The position numbers and the translations under genes are program-made. Below are positions 49,241 through 60,838 of a stretch of 64,000 nt of DNA, one piece after another (the stretch's first letter is position 1; every line of letters starts with the position of its first letter). The stretch lies in the NCBI RefSeq assembly GCF_013167455.1, contig NZ_CP038328.1; one strand, written 5' to 3'. This DNA is from Escherichia coli O157:H7 (GTDB taxonomy: Bacteria > Pseudomonadota > Gammaproteobacteria > Enterobacterales > Enterobacteriaceae). The notes under the pieces are model-generated. The model ran no database searches, had not been told where the DNA came from, and saw only the letters and a program-made list of their open reading frames with translations.

Positions 49241-49260
49241 GCCACGGATGCGTCTCGAGA

Positions 49261-49824
49261 TCAACGACTGCGCTTAGCGTGGCGCTCCCAGTTTTCTTGC
49301 TTTGCCTGTGCCGTTTTACGTAGTGCGACGTAACACGCCCCGCTGCCGCCATGATGCGGTAGCGCGGTACAATATGCCTGGACATCATCAAATTCGGTCA
49401 ACCAGCGCGCCACATAGCTGCGGACAATATTGGCATGCGATTTATCATCCCGCCCTTTACCATGAATAATCAGCACGTTACGCAAACCATCCGCCATGGC
49501 TTGTTGAATGAAACTGAACATCATTTTGCGGCACTCTTCCACCGGCTGGCGCAAAAGATTCAGGCTCGCCTGTTGCGGATATTTACCACTGCGCAGCTTA
49601 TCCAGCACCCCATGTTGCAACCCTTCCCGCCGAAACTCCAGCGGCTGACTTAGCGGGATGATGTCGAGAAATCCGGTGGTGAGGAAATTATCAAGTTGCA
49701 GCGTGTCGATACGCTGCGGCGCACGTTGGTTACGCGTTGGATGCCAGTGGACATCGGTAGCACGTTTCAGCGGCTGGACATCTTCCATGGCGTCAAGAAA
49801 CAGCGATTTGTCGTCAAGGTTCAT
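49261..49824 (-). CDS. smrA: Smr-domain endonuclease SmrA
   Basis: 187 aa with Smr-like region (LIIHGKGRDD...). Confidence 0.85.
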   Translation of the reverse strand: MNLDDKSLFLDAMEDVQPLKRATDVHWHPTRNQRAPQRIDTLQLDNFLTTGFLDIIPLSQPLEFRREGLQHGVLDKLRSGKYPQQASLNLLRQPVEECRKMMFSFIQQAMADGLRNVLIIHGKGRDDKSHANIVRSYVARWLTEFDDVQAYCTALPHHGGSGACYVALRKTAQAKQENWERHAKRSR

Positions 49825-50051
49825 GTTACATCCTCCCGCAATTAAGAGCGCGATATGATAACCAGACCGGGTCGGTCCAACAACGTATTACCCAAAATTC
49901 CAGTAATAAGTTCCAAATATTGCCGATATTTTAAGCAAAATGCTTATGCATGATTATTCATTCACGATATTAATAATGTAACTTATATTTTCGTGAAATC
50001 TGTCACTGAAGAAAATTGGCAACTAAAGGTTAAAACCGTTATAACACAGTC

Positions 50052-50145
50052 ACCGGCGCAGAGGAGACAATGCCGGATTTAAGACGCGGATGCACTGCTG
50101 TGTGTACTGTAGAGTCTGGCGGATGTCGACAGACTCTATTTTTTT
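50052..50145 (+). ncRNA. mcaS: McaS small RNA
   Basis: ACCGGCGCAGAGGAGACAATGCCGG...GTGTGTACTGTAGAGTCTGGCGGATGTCGACAGACTCTATTTTTTT matches McaS as recalled, with terminator; between smrA and abgR. Confidence 0.55.
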
Positions 50146-50153
50146 ATGCAGTT

Positions 50154-51062
50154 TTAACTTTGCAGATAGCCGCATTCTCGCCGGAATTGCGTGATTAATG
50201 ACGCGGTCAGTGGTGTCTGGCGACTATCACGCCGCTGAATCAAATAATAGGCCGCTTTCGGTAAAATTTCGCTAACCGGCAACATCACCAGCCCCTGTCC
50301 GTGCAAGGGATCGCAGCCCATTTCTTCAGGCAGTATGCTGAGAAAATCGCTTTTTGCCACCAGACTGATACAGGCTGAGAACGTCTCGCAGACTACACCG
50401 ACCTGTGGCGTTTGCGCCTGATCGTCAAGCAATTCACTCAACTGTTTGTAGTAGCTGCCGTGTGGCGTCGGCATTGTCCAGCTGTAATCCAGTAACTGTT
50501 TGATCGAACGGGCACCAATGGCGGGGTGTCCCGGGCGGCAAAAGATCGCGAATTGCTTTTCCAGTAATTTCTCAAAAGTAAATTCGTGGTCGTACGGTCC
50601 CTGATAATAGGTATTGATGGTGAAATCCAATTCTCCCTGACGCAATTCATTAATCATCGACACCAGTTGCCCTTCCATAATGCGTACTTTTACCTGCGGA
50701 TGCTGCTGATGAAAACGAGATATTACAGCTGGCATCAGACTGCGGGAAATACTGGCCCCCATGCCGATATTAATCTGCCCTGCCAGTTGCCCTTGTCGTT
50801 GGCGAATATCCTCTTGGGCTGCGCGCAGTTCTTCAAGAATAAGACTGGCGTGCTGATAAAAACTTTCACCGGCATCAGTTAACGTCACGCCTTTACTACG
50901 GCGAAAAAAGAGTTGCGCCGCTAACCCTTCTTCCAGCTCCTGAATAGATTTACTCAGTGCCGGTTGCGACATATTCAACATTCGGCTCGCTCCGCGAATG
51001 CTGCCCTGACGAGCCACTTCAACAAAAGCCCGAATTTGATGAATTTTTACCTGAAAAGCCAT
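50154..51062 (-). CDS. abgR: LysR-family regulator AbgR
   Basis: 302 aa, N-terminal HTH; divergent from abgA. Confidence 0.85.
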   Translation of the reverse strand: MAFQVKIHQIRAFVEVARQGSIRGASRMLNMSQPALSKSIQELEEGLAAQLFFRRSKGVTLTDAGESFYQHASLILEELRAAQEDIRQRQGQLAGQINIGMGASISRSLMPAVISRFHQQHPQVKVRIMEGQLVSMINELRQGELDFTINTYYQGPYDHEFTFEKLLEKQFAIFCRPGHPAIGARSIKQLLDYSWTMPTPHGSYYKQLSELLDDQAQTPQVGVVCETFSACISLVAKSDFLSILPEEMGCDPLHGQGLVMLPVSEILPKAAYYLIQRRDSRQTPLTASLITQFRRECGYLQS

Positions 51063-51237
51063 GACGCCACCGATAACCGTTATTTATCAGACCAAAGAAA
51101 CTGGCATCTACTTTAATGCAGATGATTGTGTCAGGGTAATTTATGAACGGTTAAAACTGTGAAAAATCAGTTAGTGATAAGTAAAAACTATCGCTACGTG
51201 AACCGGGTCACACTTTTTACTGATGACGGGAAAGGTT

Positions 51238-52548
51238 ATGGAGTCTTTGAATCAATTTGTTAATTCGCTTGCCCCAAAATTATCGCACTGGCGACGTGAT
51301 TTTCATCACTATGCAGAGTCTGGCTGGGTGGAATTCCGCACTGCCACCCTTGTTGCGGAAGAATTGCAGCAGCTCGGCTACTCACTGGCGCTGGGCCGCG
51401 AAGTAGTTAATGAAAATAGCCGGATGGGACTACCTGATGAACTCACTCTACAACGCGAATTCGAGCGCGCTCGTCAACAGGGTGCGCTAGCACAATGGAT
51501 TGCGGCTTTTGAAGGTGGTTTCACGGGTATCGTCGCCACCCTGGATACCGGTCGCCCCGGTCCGGTGATGGCTTTCCGTGTCGATATGGACGCGCTGGAT
51601 CTCAGTGAAGAGCAGGATGTCAGCCATCGCCCCTACCGCGACGGTTTTGCGTCATGTAACGCCGGAATGATGCATGCCTGTGGTCATGATGGGCATACCA
51701 CCATTGGGCTTGGGCTGGCGCATACCCTTAAACAATTCGAGTCCGGACTACATGGCGTCATCAAACTGATTTTTCAGCCTGCAGAGGAAGGTACGCGTGG
51801 CGCGCGGGCGATGGTCGATGCAGGTGTCGTAGATGATGTTGATTATTTTACTGCCGTGCACATTGGCACTGGCGTACCTGCGGGCACCGTGGTGTGCGGC
51901 AGTGATAATTTTATGGCAACCACCAAATTTGACGCGCACTTCACCGGTACCGCCGCTCACGCAGGCGCAAAACCAGAAGACGGTTACAATGCCTTGTTGG
52001 CGGCAGCACAAGCCACTCTTGCACTGCATGCAATCGCCCCGCACAGCGAAGGAGCTTCCAGAGTAAACGTGGGCGTTATGCAGGCAGGAAGCGGTCGTAA
52101 CGTTGTTCCTGCCTCGGCGTTGCTGAAAGTGGAAACACGCGGGGCCAGCGACGTCATTAATCAATATGTTTTTGACCGTGCTCAGCAAGCGATTCAGGGC
52201 GCAGCAACCATGTATGGTGTCGGCGTTGAAACTCGTCTGATGGGTGCAGCTACCGCCAGTTCTCCTTCGCCGCAATGGGTCGCATGGTTGCAAAGTCAGG
52301 CGGCTCAGGTCGCGGGGGTCAATCAGGCCATTGAACGTGTTGAAGCGCCTGCGGGTTCCGAAGATGCCACATTAATGATGGCCCGCGTGCAGCAACATCA
52401 AGGGCAAGCCTCCTACGTGGTGTTTGGCACACAGCTGGCGGCAGGTCATCACAACGAAAAATTCGATTTTGACGAGCAGGTTCTCGCTATTGCCGTCGAA
52501 ACGCTGGCGCGCACCGCGCTCAATTTTCCCTGGACGCGAGGTATCTGA
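51238..52548 (+). CDS. abgA: p-Aminobenzoyl-glutamate hydrolase subunit A (M20 peptidase)
   Basis: 436 aa from the internal Met MESLNQF...; metal-binding His/Asp pattern. Confidence 0.85.
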   Translation: MESLNQFVNSLAPKLSHWRRDFHHYAESGWVEFRTATLVAEELQQLGYSLALGREVVNENSRMGLPDELTLQREFERARQQGALAQWIAAFEGGFTGIVATLDTGRPGPVMAFRVDMDALDLSEEQDVSHRPYRDGFASCNAGMMHACGHDGHTTIGLGLAHTLKQFESGLHGVIKLIFQPAEEGTRGARAMVDAGVVDDVDYFTAVHIGTGVPAGTVVCGSDNFMATTKFDAHFTGTAAHAGAKPEDGYNALLAAAQATLALHAIAPHSEGASRVNVGVMQAGSGRNVVPASALLKVETRGASDVINQYVFDRAQQAIQGAATMYGVGVETRLMGAATASSPSPQWVAWLQSQAAQVAGVNQAIERVEAPAGSEDATLMMARVQQHQGQASYVVFGTQLAAGHHNEKFDFDEQVLAIAVETLARTALNFPWTRGI

Positions 52549-53993
52549 TGCAGGAAATCTATCGTTTTATCGACGATGCGATTGAAGCCGATCGCCAACG
52601 TTATACCGATATTGCCGATCAAATCTGGGATCATCCAGAAACACGTTTTGAAGAGTTCTGGTCAGCGGAGCATCTGGCTTCGGCGCTGGAATCTGCAGGC
52701 TTCACCGTTACCCGCAACGTAGGCAATATCCCAAATGCCTTTATTGCTTCGTTTGGTCAAGGCAAACCGGTTATCGCCCTGCTGGGAGAATATGACGCCC
52801 TGGCAGGTTTAAGTCAGCAAGCAGGTTGCGCGCAACCTACATCCGTGACGCCCGGTGAAAATGGTCACGGTTGCGGACACAATTTGCTGGGAACCGCCGC
52901 CTTTGCCGCTGCAATAGCCATCAAGAAATGGCTGGAACAATATGGGCAAGGCGGCACAGTGCGCTTTTATGGTTGTCCTGGCGAAGAAGGCGGCTCGGGT
53001 AAAACGTTCATGGTCCGCGAGGGGGTATTTGATGATGTGGATGCGGCACTCACCTGGCACCCGGAAGCCTTTGCCGGTATGTTCAATACCCGTACGCTGG
53101 CAAACATTCAGGCATCATGGCGCTTTAAAGGGATCGCAGCACATGCCGCGAATTCCCCTCATTTGGGACGCAGCGCCCTTGATGCCGTAACGTTGATGAC
53201 CACTGGCACCAACTTCCTCAACGAACATATTATTGAAAAAGCGCGCGTACACTATGCCATCACAAATAGTGGCGGGATCTCGCCCAACGTGGTCCAGGCG
53301 CAGGCAGAAGTGCTTTATCTTATCCGCGCCCCCGAAATGACCGACGTGCAGCATATTTATGATCGGGTCGCCAAAATCGCCGAAGGTGCGGCATTGATGA
53401 CCGAAACCACGGTTGAATGCCGCTTCGACAAAGCCTGTTCCAGTTATCTCCCGAATCGCACCTTAGAAAATGCCATGTACCAGGCCCTATCCCATTTTGG
53501 TACCCCGGAATGGAACTCCGAAGAACTGGCTTTTGCGAAACAAATTCAGGCTACGCTTACCTCCAACGATCGGCAAAACAGTCTGAATAATATCGCCGCA
53601 ACCGGTGGCGAAAACGGCAAGGTTTTTGCACTACGTCATCGTGAAACGGTACTGGCGAATGAAGTCGCTCCATATGCCGCCACCGATAACGTGCTTGCGG
53701 CATCGACTGATGTCGGCGACGTCAGTTGGAAACTGCCTGTTGCCCAGTGTTTCAGCCCCTGTTTTGCCGTCGGTACACCCCTACATACGTGGCAACTGGT
53801 TAGCCAGGGGCGAACATCTATTGCTCATAAAGGAATGCTGCTGGCGGCGAAAACTATGGCAGCAACCACACTCAATCTCTTCATTGATTCAGGGCTATTG
53901 CAAGAATGCCAACAAGAGCATCAGCAAGTTACGGACACGCAACCGTATCACTGCCCTATCCCGAAAAACGTGACACCGTCACCTTTAAAATAA
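52548..53993 (+). CDS. abgB: p-Aminobenzoyl-glutamate hydrolase subunit B
   Basis: 481 aa, translationally coupled to abgA. Confidence 0.85.
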   Translation: MQEIYRFIDDAIEADRQRYTDIADQIWDHPETRFEEFWSAEHLASALESAGFTVTRNVGNIPNAFIASFGQGKPVIALLGEYDALAGLSQQAGCAQPTSVTPGENGHGCGHNLLGTAAFAAAIAIKKWLEQYGQGGTVRFYGCPGEEGGSGKTFMVREGVFDDVDAALTWHPEAFAGMFNTRTLANIQASWRFKGIAAHAANSPHLGRSALDAVTLMTTGTNFLNEHIIEKARVHYAITNSGGISPNVVQAQAEVLYLIRAPEMTDVQHIYDRVAKIAEGAALMTETTVECRFDKACSSYLPNRTLENAMYQALSHFGTPEWNSEELAFAKQIQATLTSNDRQNSLNNIAATGGENGKVFALRHRETVLANEVAPYAATDNVLAASTDVGDVSWKLPVAQCFSPCFAVGTPLHTWQLVSQGRTSIAHKGMLLAAKTMAATTLNLFIDSGLLQECQQEHQQVTDTQPYHCPIPKNVTPSPLK

Positions 53994-54851
53994 CAACAAC
54001 AACGCAAACACAACAACCGAGGAATGCCCATGAGTATGTCATCCATACCGTCGTCCTCCCAATCCGGGAAGCTCTATGGCTGGGTCGAAAGAATTGGTAA
54101 CAAGGTTCCCCATCCTTTTTTGCTCTTTATCTATTTGATTATCGTACTCATGGTGACGACGGCAATTTTGTCGGCCTTTGGCGTCAGTGCGAAAAACCCG
54201 ACCGATGGTACGCCGGTGGTGGTGAAAAACCTGCTCAGTGTGGAAGGATTACACTGGTTTTTACCCAATGTTATTAAAAACTTTAGCGGTTTTGCTCCAC
54301 TTGGTGCGATCCTGGCGCTGGTTTTAGGTGCCGGTCTGGCGGAGCGCGTCGGCTTACTGCCAGCACTAATGGTTAAAATGGCATCGCATGTTAATGCCCG
54401 CTACGCCAGTTATATGGTGCTGTTTATTGCTTTTTTCAGCCACATTTCTTCCGATGCGGCGTTAGTGATCATGCCACCGATGGGTGCGCTGATTTTTCTG
54501 GCGGTGGGCAGGCATCCAGTTGCAGGTTTACTGGCTGCCATTGCAGGCGTAGGTTGCGGCTTTACGGCTAATTTACTGATTGTCACAACCGACGTGTTGC
54601 TGTCGGGGATCAGCACGGAAGCGGCAGCTGCGTTCAATCCGCAAATGCACGTCAGTGTAATTGATAACTGGTATTTTATGGCCAGCTCCGTAGTCGTACT
54701 GACGATTGTTGGCGGCCTGATAACCGACAAAATCATCGAGCCACGGTTAGGTCAATGGCAGGGAAACAGCGATGAGAAACTGCAGACATTGACCAAATGA
54801 ACCGCCCCGGAAATCCTGGAGACTAAACTCCCTGAGAAAGAGGTAAACAGG

Positions 54852-55178
54852 ATGACTAAAAATACTCGTTTTTCCCCCGAAGTCCGTCAGCGGGCGATTC
54901 GTATGGTTCTGGAAAGTCAGGATGAATATGACTCACAGTGGGCGGCAATTTGTTCCATTGCCCCAAAGATTGGCTGTACGCCGGAGACTCTGCGTGTCTG
55001 GGTTCGCCAGCATGAGCGGGATACCGGGGGCGGTGATGGTGGGCTCACCAGCGCTGAACGTCAGCGTCTGAAAGAGCTGGAACGTGAAAATCGTGAACTG
55101 CGCCGCAGTAACGATATCCTTCGCCAGGCTTCCGCTTATTTTGCGAAGGCGGAGTTCGACCGCCTCTGGAAAAAATGA
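54852..55178 (+). CDS. IS3-family transposase OrfA
   Basis: [41 protein letters not shown]... HTH plus leucine-zipper region. Confidence 0.85.
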   Translation: MTKNTRFSPEVRQRAIRMVLESQDEYDSQWAAICSIAPKIGCTPETLRVWVRQHERDTGGGDGGLTSAERQRLKELERENRELRRSNDILRQASAYFAKAEFDRLWKK

Positions 55179-55828
55179 TGCCACTGCTGGATAAGCTGCG
55201 TGAGCAGTACGGGGTCGGACCGGTATGCAGCGAACTGCATATTGCCCCGTCAACGTATTACCATTGTCAGCAACAGCGACATCATCCGGATAAACGCAGT
55301 GCCCGTGCGCAGCACGACGACTGGCTGAAGAGAGAGATACAGCGCGTATACGATGAAAATCATCAGGTGTACGGTGTGCGTAAAGTCTGGCGTCAGTTGT
55401 TACGGGAAGGAATCAGGGTGGCCAGATGTACAGTGGCACGTCTCATGGCGGTTATGGGACTTGCCGGTGTTCTCCGGGGTAAATGGGCCCGTCGTCCGTC
55501 TGGCACCATCCATCACAGCGATAAAGGCTCTCAGTATGTGTCACTGGCCTATACGGAGCGACTAAAAGAAGCCGGATTACTGGCATCAACAGGGAGTACA
55601 GGCGACTCGTATGACAACGCGATGGCTGAGAGCATCAATGGTCTTTACAAAGCGGAGGTAATACACCGTAAGAGCTGGAAAAACCGTGCAGAAGTGGAAC
55701 TGGCCACACTAACGTGGGTGGACTGGTATAACAATCGACGATTGCTGGGAAGGCTGGGCCATACTCCTCCGGCAGAAGCAGAAAAAGCTTATTATGCTTC
55801 CATCGGAAACGATGATCTGGCAGCCTGA
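55175..55828 (+). CDS. IS3-family transposase OrfB, internally deleted
   Basis: 217 aa; retains HSDKGSQY and [11 protein letters not shown] blocks but lacks the upstream segment that should carry the first catalytic Asp. Confidence 0.7.
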   Translation: MMPLLDKLREQYGVGPVCSELHIAPSTYYHCQQQRHHPDKRSARAQHDDWLKREIQRVYDENHQVYGVRKVWRQLLREGIRVARCTVARLMAVMGLAGVLRGKWARRPSGTIHHSDKGSQYVSLAYTERLKEAGLLASTGSTGDSYDNAMAESINGLYKAEVIHRKSWKNRAEVELATLTWVDWYNNRRLLGRLGHTPPAEAEKAYYASIGNDDLAA

Positions 55829-56641
55829 GTTCACAGATAAAACACTCTCCAGGAAACCCGGGGCGGTTCAAAAGTCAGCGTTTTGGTTTACGCATAGCAG
55901 GTGTCGTATCGCTACTTTTTATTGCTGCGATTGCGCTGATGGTGATCCCGGAAAACGGGATATTGCGCGATCCGATTAATCACACCGTGATGCCATCACC
56001 CTTTATTAAAGGTATCGTGCCACTGATCATTCTTTTTTTCTTTGTTGTCTCGCTGGCTTATGGCATCGCTACCCGCACAATTCGACGTCAGGCGGATTTA
56101 CCGCATTTAATGATTGAACCGATGAAAGAGATGGCGGGATTTATCGTGATGGTTTTTCCCCTCGCCCAGTTTGTCGCCATGTTTAACTGGAGCAACATGG
56201 GGAAATTCATCGCCGTGGGGCTGACCGATATCCTGGAAAGTTCAGGGCTTAGCGGCATCCCGGCGTTTGTCGGTCTGGCGTTGCTTTCCTCTTTCTTATG
56301 CATGTTTATCGCCAGCGGTTCCGCAATCTGGTCGATTCTGGCCCCCATTTTCGTACCAATGTTTATGCTACTTGGCTTTCACCCGGCATTTGCGCAAATC
56401 CTCTTTCGTATTGCCGACTCATCCGTATTGCCTTTAGCGCCAGTATCTCCTTTTGTTCCACTGTTTCTTGGATTCCTGCAACGCTACAAACCAGACGCGA
56501 AACTGGGTACTTACTATTCGTTAGTCTTGCCCTATCCGCTTATCTTTTTGGTGGTATGGCTGCTGATGTTGCTGGCGTGGTATCTTGTGGGCCTGCCGAT
56601 AGGTCCGGGTATTTACCCACGTTTGTCTTAAGAGAGAACGG

Positions 56642-57157
56642 ATGCTGAGATTACTTGAAGAAAAAATTGCCACACCACTGGGTCCACTGTGGGTGATTTG
56701 CGATGAGCAATTTCGCCTGCGGGCGGTTGAATGGGAAGAGTACAGCGAACGCATGGTGCAGCTGCTGGACATCCATTATCGCAAAGAAGGCTATGAGCGC
56801 ATTTCTGCCACCAATCCAGGCGGTTTAAGCGACAAGCTTCGTGAATATTTTGCCGGTAATCTTAGCATTATTGATACGCTTCCCACTGCTACGGGGGGGA
56901 CGCCATTTCAGCGCGAAGTCTGGAAAACACTACGCACTATCCCCTGCGGGCAGGTAATGCATTACGGCGAACTGGCTGAGCAATTGGGCCGTCCTGGCGC
57001 GGCGCGTGCCGTTGGTGCGGCAAACGGATCGAATCCCATCAGCATCGTCGTACCTTGCCATCGGGTTATTGGCCGAAACGGCACCATGACCGGATATGCA
57101 GGCGGAGTTCAGCGAAAAGAGTGGTTATTGCGCCACGAAGGTTATCTTTTGCTGTAA
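56642..57157 (+). CDS. ogt: O6-methylguanine-DNA methyltransferase Ogt
   Basis: 171 aa with active-site PCHRV. Confidence 0.9.
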   Translation: MLRLLEEKIATPLGPLWVICDEQFRLRAVEWEEYSERMVQLLDIHYRKEGYERISATNPGGLSDKLREYFAGNLSIIDTLPTATGGTPFQREVWKTLRTIPCGQVMHYGELAEQLGRPGAARAVGAANGSNPISIVVPCHRVIGRNGTMTGYAGGVQRKEWLLRHEGYLLL

Positions 57158-57351
57158 ACATTAAACAATTTGTGCCAGCTTGTTCACACTTTTATGTAAA
57201 GTTACCCTTAACAACTTAAGGGTTTTCAAATAGATAGACATATATTTACATCTAATATCGGAATTCTCTGCTGTTAAGGTTTGCTTAGACTTACTTGCTC
57301 CCTAAAAAGATGTTAAAATTGACAAATATCAATTACGGCTTGAGCAGACCT

Positions 57352-58104
57352 ATGATCCCGGAAAAGCGAATTATACGGCGCATTCAGTCTGGCGGTTGTG
57401 CTATCCATTGCCAGGATTGCAGCATCAGCCAGCTTTGCATCCCGTTCACACTCAACGAACATGAGCTTGATCAGCTTGATAATATCATTGAGCGGAAGAA
57501 GCCTATTCAGAAAGGCCAGACGCTGTTTAAGGCTGGTGATGAACTTAAATCGCTTTATGCCATCCGCTCCGGTACGATTAAAAGTTATACCATCACTGAG
57601 CAAGGCGACGAGCAAATCACTGGTTTCCATTTAGCAGGCGACCTGGTGGGATTTGACGCCATCGGCAGCGGCCATCACCCGAGCTTCGCGCAGGCGCTGG
57701 AAACCTCGATGGTATGTGAAATCCCGTTCGAAACGCTGGACGATTTGTCCGGTAAAATGCCGAATCTGCGTCAGCAGATGATGCGTCTGATGAGCGGTGA
57801 AATCAAAGGCGATCAGGACATGATCCTGCTGTTGTCAAAGAAAAATGCCGAGGAACGTCTGGCTGCATTCATCTACAACCTGTCCCGTCGTTTTGCCCAA
57901 CGCGGCTTCTCCCCTCGTGAATTCCGCCTGACGATGACTCGTGGCGATATCGGTAACTATCTGGGCCTGACGGTAGAAACCATCAGCCGTCTGCTGGGTC
58001 GCTTCCAGAAAAGCGGTATGCTGGCAGTCAAAGGTAAATACATCACCATCGAAAATAACGATGCGCTGGCCCAGCTTGCTGGTCATACGCGTAACGTTGC
58101 CTGA
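57352..58104 (+). CDS. fnr: Fumarate/nitrate reduction regulator FNR
   Basis: [29 protein letters not shown]... Cys cluster and C-terminal HTH; 250 aa. Confidence 0.9.
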
Positions 58105-58255
58105 TTTTTCCGCATAACTCACTATCCTTCTGTCATATCATTAAATTTTTCTGATTTATTGATCTGGCAGAAGGTTCATCACTGTTTCATTCACCAGATA
58201 TGGGTTAATCTTTTAATTACAAACTGCGTTGACAGTTGTTGTAAGGAGACCCTGT

Positions 58256-59206
58256 ATGGCTATGTATCAGAACATGCTCGTTGTTATCGATCCTAACCAG
58301 GACGACCAACCAGCATTGCGGCGAGCTGTTTATTTACATCAACGGATTGGTGGCAAAATTAAAGCCTTTTTGCCGATCTATGACTTCTCATACGAAATGA
58401 CCACCCTGCTCTCCCCGGACGAACGTACCGCTATGCGTCAGGGCGTCATCAGCCAGCGTACAGCCTGGATCCACGAGCAGGCAAAATATTATCTCAATGC
58501 TGGCGTTCCCATTGAAATTAAAGTGGTCTGGCATAACCGTCCTTTCGAAGCCATCATTCAGGAAGTGATCAGCGGCGGGCACGATTTGGTGCTAAAAATG
58601 GCGCACCAACATGACCGTCTGGAAGCGGTGATTTTTACGCCAACGGACTGGCACCTGTTACGCAAATGCCCAAGCCCGGTGTGGATGGTGAAAGACCAGC
58701 CGTGGCCGGAAGGAGGTAAGGCGCTGGTGGCGGTGAATCTCGCCAGTGAAGAGCCGTATCATAATGCGCTCAATGAAAAACTGGTCAAAGAGACGATCGA
58801 ACTGGCAGAACAAGTCAACCATACCGAAGTTCATCTGGTTGGCGCTTATCCGGTAACGCCAATTAATATCGCGATTGAACTGCCGGAATTTGATCCGAGC
58901 GTTTATAACGATGCCATTCGTGGGCAACATTTGCTGGCAATGAAAGCCCTGCGGCAGAAATTCGGCATTAATGAAAACATGACGCACGTAGAAAAAGGTC
59001 TGCCAGAAGAGGTGATTCCTGATTTGGCGGAGCACTTACAGGCGGGGATTGTGGTTCTGGGCACGGTAGGACGCACCGGTATTTCAGCAGCATTCCTCGG
59101 CAACACGGCGGAACAGGTGATTGATCATCTTCGCTGCGATCTGTTGGTCATTAAACCTGACCAGTATCAGACACCCGTTGAACTGGATGACGAAGAAGAC
59201 GATTAA
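58256..59206 (+). CDS. uspE: Universal stress protein E
   Basis: Tandem Usp domains; starts [17 protein letters not shown]... Confidence 0.85.
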   Translation: MAMYQNMLVVIDPNQDDQPALRRAVYLHQRIGGKIKAFLPIYDFSYEMTTLLSPDERTAMRQGVISQRTAWIHEQAKYYLNAGVPIEIKVVWHNRPFEAIIQEVISGGHDLVLKMAHQHDRLEAVIFTPTDWHLLRKCPSPVWMVKDQPWPEGGKALVAVNLASEEPYHNALNEKLVKETIELAEQVNHTEVHLVGAYPVTPINIAIELPEFDPSVYNDAIRGQHLLAMKALRQKFGINENMTHVEKGLPEEVIPDLAEHLQAGIVVLGTVGRTGISAAFLGNTAEQVIDHLRCDLLVIKPDQYQTPVELDDEEDD

Positions 59207-59255
59207 CGACTCCTCAATAACTGACAAGGCCCGAGTTATCGGGCCTATTTTTTAC

Positions 59256-59513
59256 TTACTGCTCTTCGCCGCCAAGGAAATAAATTCCCAACGGGATTGC
59301 CAGCAACACAGTAAAGACCAGGCTATAAACAAAAATCATCGATGACTGAATCACATACATTGATGTCGTCCACTCCGACAGCGGAATATTGTACTGTTCT
59401 ATAACGCCGCCGATAGTCGCGCGAGTCACAACCGACGCCGCAATAATGAAAACCGCCAACAAACCAAAGAGAAATTTCTTCCCTTTCGCTGACTTCAGTT
59501 TCGCCATAATCAT
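59256..59513 (-). CDS. ynaJ: Small inner-membrane protein YnaJ
   Basis: 85 aa, two hydrophobic helices. Confidence 0.7.
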   Translation of the reverse strand: MIMAKLKSAKGKKFLFGLLAVFIIAASVVTRATIGGVIEQYNIPLSEWTTSMYVIQSSMIFVYSLVFTVLLAIPLGIYFLGGEEQ

Positions 59514-59756
59514 GATGTAATCCTTGTGCAGACAAATTTCTTGTTACCTAAACGTAACAATACCATGACATTTCACCATTGTCTGCTCTGAAAACCTCAC
59601 CTCTTAGCTGGATTTACAATCAACGCATTGATTAGTTAGCTAATGTTGCTACTTCCTTCCCTGACTATTGATGATCTGAATGAATTGTCGCGGTAAAATA
59701 GCCCCGCCAGGGGTTTCCGGCATGACGACAATTATCTGGAGGAGCCTGATAAAACA

Positions 59757-60788
59757 ATGATCGCTGAACTGTTTACAAATAATGCGCTTAATCTGGTCAT
59801 TATTTTCGGTAGCTGCGCAGCATTGATTCTGATGAGCTTTTGGTTTCGCCGCGGAAATCGTAAAAGAAAAGGCTTTTTATTCCATGCGGTGCAATTTTTA
59901 ATCTACACCATAATTATCAGTGCTGTTGGTAGCATTATTAATTATGTTATAGAAAACTATAAACTCAAATTTATCACTCCAGGCGTTATCGATTTTATCT
60001 GTACGTCCCTGATTGCGGTTATTCTGACGATTAAGCTATTTTTGCTGATTAATCAGTTTGAAAAACAGCAGATTAAAAAGGGTCGCGATATCACCAGTGC
60101 GCGGATTATGTCGCGCATTATCAAAATCACCATTATTGTGGTGCTTGTTCTGCTTTATGGCGAACATTTCGGCATGAGCCTTTCTGGCTTGCTGACCTTT
60201 GGTGGTATTGGTGGTCTGGCTGTCGGTATGGCTGGCAAAGATATTCTGAGTAATTTCTTTTCCGGGATCATGCTCTATTTCGACCGTCCTTTCAGTATTG
60301 GCGACTGGATCCGTTCACCGGACAGAAATATCGAAGGTACAGTAGCGGAAATTGGCTGGCGAATTACCAAAATTACGACCTTTGATAATCGTCCATTGTA
60401 CGTACCGAACTCGCTGTTTTCATCGATCAGCGTAGAAAACCCAGGACGAATGACCAACCGCCGCATTACCACGACCATTGGTTTACGTTATGAGGATGCG
60501 GCAAAAGTGGGCGTTATCGTCGAAGCCGTACGTGAGATGCTGAAAAATCACCCGGCCATCGACCAGCGACAAACCTTACTGGTTTATTTCAACCAGTTTG
60601 CTGACTCGTCATTGAATATTATGGTTTATTGCTTTACCAAAACCACGGTATGGGCTGAGTGGCTTGCTGCACAGCAAGACGTTTATTTGAAGATTATCGA
60701 TATTGTACAGTCACACGGCGCGGACTTTGCCTTCCCCAGCCAGACGCTGTATATGGATAACATTACACCGCCGGAACAGGGTCGCTAA
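59757..60788 (+). CDS. ynaI: MscS-family mechanosensitive channel YnaI
   Basis: 343 aa, multiple transmembrane helices then MscS-like beta domain. Confidence 0.85.
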
Positions 60789-60838
60789 ATCAGACATCAC
60801 TGGCGTTATCCACAAGGGTAACGCCAGTTCCCATCACA

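Larger units (their letters stand above)
54798..55870 (+). mobile_element. IS3-family insertion sequence (IS629-like), internally deleted
   Basis: Imperfect terminal inverted repeats TGAACCGCCCCGG at both ends, flanked by AAA on each side (possible 3-bp target duplication); orfA then a shortened orfB; 1073 bp. Confidence 0.8.
54024..56631 (+). pseudogene. abgT: abgT (aminobenzoyl-glutamate transporter) disrupted by an IS insertion
   Basis: N-terminal 258 codons run into the first bases of the IS (TGA); the C-terminal 230 codons resume after the IS. Confidence 0.8.

Noticed and set aside
55939-56631. Standalone 230-aa membrane protein gene
   Set aside because: It is the C-terminal portion of abgT downstream of the IS insertion, not an independent gene.
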